Positions 6,621-12,276 of a DNA stretch of 12,276 bases are shown piece after piece. The translations under genes were made by a program, and so were the position numbers. The DNA is from Candidatus Methylomirabilia bacterium (GTDB lineage Bacteria; Methylomirabilota; Methylomirabilia; Rokubacteriales; CSP1-6): NCBI GenBank assembly GCA_041496385.1, contig JBGQEL010000127.1:1-12276 (forward strand). The letters run 5' to 3'. The notes below the pieces were generated by a model. That model worked only from the letters and a program-made list of their open reading frames with translations. It did no database searches and was not told the DNA's origin. The first letter of the stretch is position 1. Each line of letters opens with the position of its first letter.

Positions 6621-7814
6621 GTGAGGAAATCGACCGAGGGGGCGGCGCATCGCGCCGTCGCGCACGTCGACATGGACGCGTTCTACGCGGCGATCGAGCA
6701 GCGCGATCGCCCGGAGCTTCGGGGCCGGCCGGTGATCGTGGGCGCGGACCCCAAGGGGCGCGGCGTCGTGTCCACGGCCTCCTACGAGGCGCGGCGCTTC
6801 GGGGTGCGCTCGGCGATGCCGATCTCCCGCGCGGCCCGCCTCTGCGCGCACGCCGCCTTCCTGCCGGTGGACATGGCGAAGTACCGTCGGGTCTCGCTCG
6901 AGATCATGGCGCTCCTCGCCGACTTCTCGCCGCTCGTCGAGCCCGTGTCCGTCGACGAGGCGTTCGTGGACCTCACGGGGACCGAGACGCTTTTCGGGCG
7001 GCCCCTTGATGCCGTCGGGATGATCAAGCGCCGCATCCTCGACGAGACCGGGCTCACCGCCTCGGCCGGGCTCGCGGCGAACAAGTTCGTCGCCAAGGTG
7101 GCATCCGATCTCGAGAAGCCCGACGGACTCGTCGTCGTCGCGGCCGGTGACGAGGCGCGGTTTCTCGCGGCCCTGCCCGTGGAGCGGATCTGGGGCGTCG
7201 GGCGAGTGACCGCCGGCGCGTTGCGCGAGCTCGGGCTGACCACGATCGGTCAGCTGCAACGCGTGCCGCGCCCGGTCCTGGCGCGCCGCTTCGGACGGCA
7301 CGGCGAGCACCTCCACGACCTCGCGTTCGGCCGCGACGACCGGCCCGTCGAGCCCTTCGGCGTGCCGAAGTCCATCGGCGCCGAGGAGACCTTCGGGACG
7401 GACACGACGGACCGCGAGCGGCTTCGCCTCACGCTCCGGGCCCAGGCCGAGCGTGTCGCCGCGGAGCTGAGGGAGGGCGGATTCGCCGCCGCGCGCGTGA
7501 CGCTGAAGCTGCGCCTGCAGCCCTTCGAGACCCACACGCGCAGCGTCACCGGCGAGCCCACGCAGGACGGCCTCGAGCTCTACCGCCGGACCCTCGCGCT
7601 CCTCGAGCGCGAGCGGGTCACGCGGCCGGTCCGGCTGATCGGACTGTCGGCGTCCCGGCTCGGGCCCCCGGGCGCCGGCCAGCTCGATCTCCTCGACCCG
7701 ACCGCGCTCCGCCGCGAGCGCCTGGCCCGGGTGGTGGACCGGCTCACCGAGCGGTTCGGCGAGGGCGCCGTGATTCCCGCGGCGCTCCTGGGACGCCGCC
7801 GGCGCGGCGACTGA
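6621..7814 (+). CDS. dinB: DNA polymerase IV (Y-family), 397 aa
   Basis: HVDMDAFYA, SYEARRFGVRSAMP, SVDEAF, AKVASDLEKPDG, IWGVG and KSIGAEETF motifs, with a beta-clamp-like QLDLL near the C-terminus. Start codon is approximate because the RBS is weak. Confidence 0.95.
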   Translation: MRKSTEGAAHRAVAHVDMDAFYAAIEQRDRPELRGRPVIVGADPKGRGVVSTASYEARRFGVRSAMPISRAARLCAHAAFLPVDMAKYRRVSLEIMALLADFSPLVEPVSVDEAFVDLTGTETLFGRPLDAVGMIKRRILDETGLTASAGLAANKFVAKVASDLEKPDGLVVVAAGDEARFLAALPVERIWGVGRVTAGALRELGLTTIGQLQRVPRPVLARRFGRHGEHLHDLAFGRDDRPVEPFGVPKSIGAEETFGTDTTDRERLRLTLRAQAERVAAELREGGFAAARVTLKLRLQPFETHTRSVTGEPTQDGLELYRRTLALLERERVTRPVRLIGLSASRLGPPGAGQLDLLDPTALRRERLARVVDRLTERFGEGAVIPAALLGRRRRGD

Positions 7815-7832
7815 CTGGTCCACGCTGCGTCC

Positions 7833-7848
7833 AACGACGCGCGTCGTT
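7833..7848. repeat. Perfect 16-bp palindrome AACGACGCGCGTCGTT
   Basis: Self-reverse-complementary by inspection; lies 18 nt after the dinB stop and abuts the putative -35 element. Confidence 0.8.
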
Positions 7849-7877
7849 TGCCATCCGCGGGGCGGTTCGGCTACACT
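7848..7877 (+). promoter_or_regulatory. Putative sigma70-type promoter for the ferritin-like/carboxylase operon
   Basis: TTGCCA (7848-7853), 18-nt spacer, TACACT (7872-7877), upstream of RBS-like AGGGGGA and ATG 7915. Confidence 0.65.
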
Positions 7878-7880
7878 CGC

Positions 7881-7894
7881 TGAACAGCCGTTCA
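7881..7894. promoter_or_regulatory. Putative repressor operator TGAAC-N4-GTTCA
   Basis: Inverted repeat TGAACagccGTTCA starting 4 nt after the -10 element and covering the expected transcription start. Confidence 0.55.
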
Positions 7895-7914
7895 TTTTGA
7901 GGCAGGGGGACTCG

Positions 7915-8670
7915 ATGGAGCGTCCGATCGCCTACGACAAGCTCGCCCGGGAGGACCGCTTCGTGCGCATGCGGGCGCGCGAGGTGGCCCAGATCAAGGT
8001 CGATCAGGGGCTCCCGCCGTTTCCCGACCTCGGAAGCGCCGATTCGATCAAGGAGCGGGTCCACGGCATCATGGTGGGCGAGATGCAGGCCATGGAGGGT
8101 GCCGGCCGCACCGTGTGCGATTTCCCCGACGCGCCGTGGGAGTTTGCCCTCGACATGGCCCGGCAGGTCTGGGACGAGTCGCGCCACGTCGAGATCTACC
8201 TTCGCCTCCTCGAGCACCTGCACGGGTACGCGGGCGAGTTCCCGGAAACGACGATCCTCTGGCGGTGCGCGTGCGCCGAGGATGCGGCCGCGCGCGTGGC
8301 CGGCGTGAACCGCGGTCTCGAGGGGCTCGCGTGCGACGTCTTCAACCAGCTCGTCCACATCGCACGGAGATTGGGCGATCCGATCCTCGAGCGCGCGGTC
8401 GAGTTCGTCCTGGCCGACGAGATCACCCACGTCCGGATGGGCTCCAAGTGGCTCACGAGGCTCACCGAAGGCGAGCCCGAGCGCCGCCGCCGCGCGATCG
8501 AGTTCCAGGAGAACATCGACGAGCGGTTCAACCTGGGTGGAGCCCGGCGCGAGGGCGACCACGACGCCGTCTCCATCTCGATCGCCACGGACATTCGCCG
8601 CATGGCCGGATTCACCGAGGACGAAATCGAGCGCCTCATCAAATCGACACAGCGCTCCCAGGTCTACTAG
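7915..8670 (+). CDS. Ferritin-like di-iron protein, DUF455-like, 251 aa
   Basis: Complete carboxylate di-iron ligand pattern E56...DE88SRH91...E136...DE169ITH172, plus C-terminal RRMAGFTEDEI reminiscent of DUF455. ATG 7915 with an RBS is preferred over TTG 7897. Confidence 0.8.
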   Translation: MERPIAYDKLAREDRFVRMRAREVAQIKVDQGLPPFPDLGSADSIKERVHGIMVGEMQAMEGAGRTVCDFPDAPWEFALDMARQVWDESRHVEIYLRLLEHLHGYAGEFPETTILWRCACAEDAAARVAGVNRGLEGLACDVFNQLVHIARRLGDPILERAVEFVLADEITHVRMGSKWLTRLTEGEPERRRRAIEFQENIDERFNLGGARREGDHDAVSISIATDIRRMAGFTEDEIERLIKSTQRSQVY

Positions 8671-8676
8671 CGGGCC

Positions 8677-9648
8677 GTGCGTAGCCCGCTCGACGGCCAG
8701 TTCTCCGTCGATCATTCCGCCCGGCTCATGCGCAACTATCGCTACGTTGCCGAGCGCAGCATGCGCGCGCTCGGCGGCTGGATCGCGCTGACCCCCGAGC
8801 TTCCTGCGAAGCTCCTGCTCGGCCGTCACGTCTGGGATCTGGCCCAGCACGCCGATGCGTTCGGCAAGCGGCTCCCCGAGCTTCGCGCCCCCGCCCACGC
8901 CTCCGAGCCGGCCAACCAGGCGGTCGTGGCCTTCATGGACGCCCTCGAAGAGCCCGAGCTGCCCGGGCAGACGGTCGAGCGCCTGGTCGGCGTCTATCGG
9001 GTCCTCAAGCCGCACGTCCTGGCCGTCTACCGGGACCACGCGGAGCGCGCGAACCCGGTTTACGAGCCGCCGACGCGTCGGCTCCTGCTGCGCTGCATCG
9101 AGGACGAGCGCCGCCACGTCGCCGCGGGCGACGTCATCCTGCGCCACCTCGCCACGTCGCCCACGCTCCGCGAGCGCGCGACGGTCTGGCAGGGGCGGCT
9201 GGAAGGCTACCTGACCGCGGCCGGCGGCGTGACCGGCGATGGGCTGCCGCCCTCGCGGCCGATCGAGGTGCCCGCGCCGCTCGAGCTCGGCGACGACGCG
9301 CGCGAGTGGATCCGGCTGGCCGAGGCGCTCACCACGTGGCCGCTTCCCGAGGACCTCCACACTGCAGTCGCGTCGCTCGGCGCCGCGCTCGTGGCGGGTG
9401 ACGCCGCCGCGATCGGGCGCTGGGTGAACCCGGGCGTCGCCTGGGACGCGGCACCGCTTCGCGACGGGACCTTCGCCGGCCACAGCGTCGTCGCGTTCGC
9501 GCGACTCGGTCACCAGCGCCTGGTGAAGGTCCGACTCGAGGGACCCGGCACCGCGGCGACGGTCCTGCAACGCTGGGTACCCGGCGACGCCGGATGGCGT
9601 GTGGCCGCGATCGAGGTCGCTCGCGCGGACGCACACCGCTCCGCCTGA
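8677..9648 (+). CDS. Ferritin-like protein with degenerate metal ligands and a C-terminal domain (possibly NTF2/SnoaL-like), 323 aa
   Basis: Segments GRHVWDLAQH, ERLVGVYRVLK and IEDERRH align with the upstream protein's ARQVWDESRH, ARVAGVNRGLE and LADEITH. The C-terminal ~100 aa has helix-then-strands character ending in GWRVAAIE. Fold of the tail is inferred. Confidence 0.65.
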   Translation: MRSPLDGQFSVDHSARLMRNYRYVAERSMRALGGWIALTPELPAKLLLGRHVWDLAQHADAFGKRLPELRAPAHASEPANQAVVAFMDALEEPELPGQTVERLVGVYRVLKPHVLAVYRDHAERANPVYEPPTRRLLLRCIEDERRHVAAGDVILRHLATSPTLRERATVWQGRLEGYLTAAGGVTGDGLPPSRPIEVPAPLELGDDAREWIRLAEALTTWPLPEDLHTAVASLGAALVAGDAAAIGRWVNPGVAWDAAPLRDGTFAGHSVVAFARLGHQRLVKVRLEGPGTAATVLQRWVPGDAGWRVAAIEVARADAHRSA

Positions 9649-9652
9649 GTCG

Positions 9653-10999
9653 TTGATCCGGACCGTCCTGGTCGCCAACCGCGGAGAGATCGCCCGGCGG
9701 GTGTTCCGCGCCTGCCGCCGGCTCGGTCTCGCCACCGTCGCGGTGTACTCGGAGGCCGATCGCGACGCGCTCCACACGCGTGACGCGGACAGGTCGGTCG
9801 CGATCGGGCCGGCGCCGGCGCGCGAGAGCTATCTCAACGTCGAGCGGATCCTCTCGGCGGCGCGCGAGAGCGGCGCCGACGCGATCCACCCCGGCTACGG
9901 GTTCCTCTCCGAGGACTGGCAGTTCGCCGAGGCCTGCGGGCGCGCGGGAATCGTGTTCATCGGGCCCTCGGCCGAGGCCATCCGGCGGATGGGCGACAAG
10001 ACCGAGGCGCGCCGCCTCATGGCCGCCGCCGGTGTTCCCGTCGTCCCCGGGACTCCCGAGACGCTCCGGGATGAGGGCGAGGCCGAGCTCGCCGCGCGTG
10101 GCATCGGCTATCCGGTGCTCCTCAAGGCGGCGGCGGGTGGCGGCGGCATCGGCATGGCGCGCGTGGACGCGCCGAAGGACATGCCGGGGGCGTACGCGAC
10201 GGCCCGGCGCCGCGCCGAGGCCGCATTCGGTCGGGGCGACCTCTACGTCGAGAAATATCTGGAGCGCCCGCGCCACGTGGAGGTCCAGGTGTTCGGAGAC
10301 GGCGCCGGCACCGTGCTGCACCTGCACGAGCGCGAGTGCTCGATCCAGCGGCGCCACCAGAAGCTCGTGGAGGAGTCGCCGGCGCCGAACCTGCCCGGTG
10401 CGGTCAAGGCAGGGCTCTGCCGTGCCGCCGTCGCCGGGGCGAACGCGATCGGCTATGTCAACGCCGGCACGCTCGAATTTCTCGTGGACGCCGCGGGCGG
10501 CTTCTACTTCCTCGAGATGAACACGCGCCTCCAGGTGGAGCATCCCGTCACCGAGGAGGCGACGGGTCTCGACCTGGTCGTCGCGCAGCTCCGCGTCGCG
10601 TCGGGACAGCCGCTCGGGTGGCGCCAGGAGGAGGTCGTCCAGCGGCGCGCGGCCATCGAGTGTCGAGTGTATGCTGAGGACCCGGCGAAGGGCTTCCTGC
10701 CGTCGCCCGGGACCGTGAGCCGCCTCGACCTGCCGTCGGGGGAGGGGATCCGCATCGAGTCGGGGGTCGCGACGGGCAGCATGGTTCCGGTCCACTACGA
10801 TCCGTTGCTGTTCAAGCTGGTCACCGCGGGCGGCACGCGGGCCGAGGCGATCGAGCGGATGGCCGGCGCGCTCGGACGCTGCGTCGTCGAGGGCGTGAAG
10901 ACGACGATCCCGTTCCTGCGGCGTGTCGTCGACCACGCGGACTTCGTGGCGGGTCGGGTACACACGCAGATGATCGAACAAGGAGCGTTCAATGCCTGA
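9653..10999 (+). CDS. Biotin carboxylase subunit of an acyl-CoA carboxylase (AccC/PccA-like), about 448 aa
   Basis: VLVANRGEIA, IHPGYGFLSE, KAAAGGGGIGM, ERECSIQRRHQK and FLEMNTRLQVEHPVTE. TTG at 9653 gives the typical MIRTVLVANRG start. Confidence 0.93.
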   Translation: MIRTVLVANRGEIARRVFRACRRLGLATVAVYSEADRDALHTRDADRSVAIGPAPARESYLNVERILSAARESGADAIHPGYGFLSEDWQFAEACGRAGIVFIGPSAEAIRRMGDKTEARRLMAAAGVPVVPGTPETLRDEGEAELAARGIGYPVLLKAAAGGGGIGMARVDAPKDMPGAYATARRRAEAAFGRGDLYVEKYLERPRHVEVQVFGDGAGTVLHLHERECSIQRRHQKLVEESPAPNLPGAVKAGLCRAAVAGANAIGYVNAGTLEFLVDAAGGFYFLEMNTRLQVEHPVTEEATGLDLVVAQLRVASGQPLGWRQEEVVQRRAAIECRVYAEDPAKGFLPSPGTVSRLDLPSGEGIRIESGVATGSMVPVHYDPLLFKLVTAGGTRAEAIERMAGALGRCVVEGVKTTIPFLRRVVDHADFVAGRVHTQMIEQGAFNA

Positions 11000-11207
11000 G
11001 GAGATCAAGGCGCACATCACCGGGGTCGTCTTCCAGATCCCGACGAAGCCCGGCGATCGGGTCGCCGCCGGCGACGCGGTGATCGTGCTCGAGTCGATGA
11101 AGATGGAGATTCCCGTCGAGGCGCCGCGGGCAGGCTCGGTCAAGGAGATCCGGGTGAAGGAAGGGCAGACGGTCCAGGAGGGCGAGACGGTCGCCGTGCT
11201 GGAGTGA
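10992..11207 (+). CDS. Stand-alone biotin carboxyl carrier protein, 71 aa
   Basis: LESMKMEIPV biotinylation motif; overlaps the biotin carboxylase end by 8 nt; RBS AAGGAG. Confidence 0.92.
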   Translation: MPEEIKAHITGVVFQIPTKPGDRVAAGDAVIVLESMKMEIPVEAPRAGSVKEIRVKEGQTVQEGETVAVLE

Positions 11208-11217
11208 GGAGGGCGCG

Positions 11218-11724
11218 ATGAGCCTCGAGCTGATCAGTGGGCTGTACGACTATCACCACTGGGCGAACCGGCGACTCTTCGACGTCGCGACCGCGCTCGG
11301 CGAGGAGGTCGCGGCCCGGGATGCGGGCACGCAATTCAGCTTCCCGATCGTCAGGCGGATGTTCGGCCACCTCTACGGCGCGGATCGGATCTGGCTCTCG
11401 CGCTGGAAGGGCACGTCGCCGCCCTCACTCCCCGGAGCCGAGTTCGCGACGCTGGCCTCGATCCGTGCGCCGTGGGACGACCTCGAGCAGGAACAACGGG
11501 CCTTCGTCGAGGGGCTCCAGCCGGCCGACCTCGAGCGCGTCGTCGAGTTCAGGAACACCGAGGGCAAGGCGTTCAGGATTCCGCTCGGCCCGCTGCTCCA
11601 GCACGTGCCGAACCACGCGACCCACCACCGGAGCGAGATCGCCACGATGCTCACGATGCTCAGCGGCTCGCCGCCGGACACGGGGATCAACAGCTACCTC
11701 GTGGCGAAGACCGGACAGCGCTAG
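11218..11724 (+). CDS. DinB/YfiT-superfamily metal-binding protein, 168 aa
   Basis: YHHWANRRL, GHLYGADRIWL and QHVPNHATHHRSEI give the His-triad four-helix pattern; RBS GAGGAGG. Confidence 0.85.
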   Translation: MSLELISGLYDYHHWANRRLFDVATALGEEVAARDAGTQFSFPIVRRMFGHLYGADRIWLSRWKGTSPPSLPGAEFATLASIRAPWDDLEQEQRAFVEGLQPADLERVVEFRNTEGKAFRIPLGPLLQHVPNHATHHRSEIATMLTMLSGSPPDTGINSYLVAKTGQR

Positions 11725-11739
11725 CCGGCAAGCATAGCC

Positions 11740-12276
11740 ATGGGCATGAAGGACCTCGTCGACGAGCTCGCGGCCAAACGGACCCGCGTCCGGAAGATGG
11801 GCGGCGACGAGGCGATCGCCAGGCAGCACGCAGCCGGCAAGCTCACCGTCCGCGAGCGGATCGACCTGCTCTTCGACGCCGGCAGCTTCACCGAGATCGG
11901 CATCCAGGCGACGCACGCCGGAGTCGTGCCCGAGATGGCGGGCAGGGAGACGCCGGCCGACGGTGTCGTCGCGGGCTTCGGCCGGATCGACGGCCGCTTC
12001 GCGTCGGTGATCGCCTATGACTTCACCGTCATGGCGGGTTCCATGGGGCGCACCGCCGAGATCAAGTGCAACCGCGCTCGCGAGATCGCCTACACCAAGC
12101 GCTTCCCGATGATCTGGCTGATCGACTCCGCGGGTGCCCGCATCCAGGAGGCGATCGGCTCGAAGAGCTTCGCGGGCTCGGGCCTCCTCTTCCGCGAAGA
12201 GTCCATCATGTCCGGGGTCGTCCCGCAGGTGGCCGCGATGATGGGGCCCGGCGCGGCCGGGACCGCGTACATTCCG
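11740..12276 (+). CDS. Acyl-CoA carboxylase carboxyltransferase (beta) subunit, PccB-like, 3'-truncated; absent from the ORF track
   Basis: Hand translation: MGMKDLVDEL...MGG...QHAAGKLTVRERIDLLFDAGSFTE...PADGVVAGFGRIDGR...DFTVMAGSMG...DSAGARIQE...SGVVPQVAAMMGPGAAGTAYIP. Start is ATG 11740 or 11746. Confidence 0.92.
   Translation, partial: MGMKDLVDELAAKRTRVRKMGGDEAIARQHAAGKLTVRERIDLLFDAGSFTEIGIQATHAGVVPEMAGRETPADGVVAGFGRIDGRFASVIAYDFTVMAGSMGRTAEIKCNRAREIAYTKRFPMIWLIDSAGARIQEAIGSKSFAGSGLLFREESIMSGVVPQVAAMMGPGAAGTAYIP

Noticed and set aside
6429..11143. Long minus-strand ORFs 6429..7895, 7744..9777 and 9329..11143, and other overlapping track ORFs
   Set aside because: Shadow frames of well-supported plus-strand genes in GC-rich sequence, with no recognisable motifs.
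6621..11724. Functional link between dinB (Pol IV) and the DinB-family protein
   Set aside because: Shared name only; Y-family polymerases and DinB/YfiT four-helix proteins are unrelated.
1..12276. CRISPR arrays, tRNA/rRNA genes, IS elements, tandem repeats
   Set aside because: None seen. Intergenic gaps are all about 100 bp or shorter and contain no repeat-spacer structure; small structured RNAs cannot be fully excluded without a covariance-model search.

Overview
GC-rich bacterial chromosomal window, densely coding, with no tRNA, rRNA, CRISPR array or transposase visible. It has four blocks. (1) The 3' end of an ISC Fe-S operon on +: hscB (partial), hscA, fdx, iscX (1-2659). (2) A convergent minus-strand triplet of DsrE/TusD-, DsrF/TusC- and shortened DsrH/TusB-like sulfur-relay genes (2686-3612). 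(3) A divergent, translationally coupled + operon: group I cysteine desulfurase, an IscU-like protein lacking its third Cys and the LPPVK motif, cysE, a 59-aa excisionase-like HTH gene missed by the ORF track, and an HD-domain hydrolase; DNA polymerase IV follows (3655-7814). (4) A separately promoted + operon: a DUF455-like ferritin-fold di-iron protein, a paralogous ligand-degenerate ferritin-like protein with an extra C-terminal domain, biotin carboxylase, biotin carrier protein, a DinB/YfiT-family protein and a partial acyl-CoA carboxyltransferase (7915-12276). The two most interesting candidates are a desulfurase/variant-IscU/DsrEFH-like sulfur-trafficking module on a putative bidirectional promoter, and a putative catalytic/structural ferritin-like heterodimer linked to acyl-CoA carboxylation. 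All calls come from motif recognition by eye; no database searches were run.
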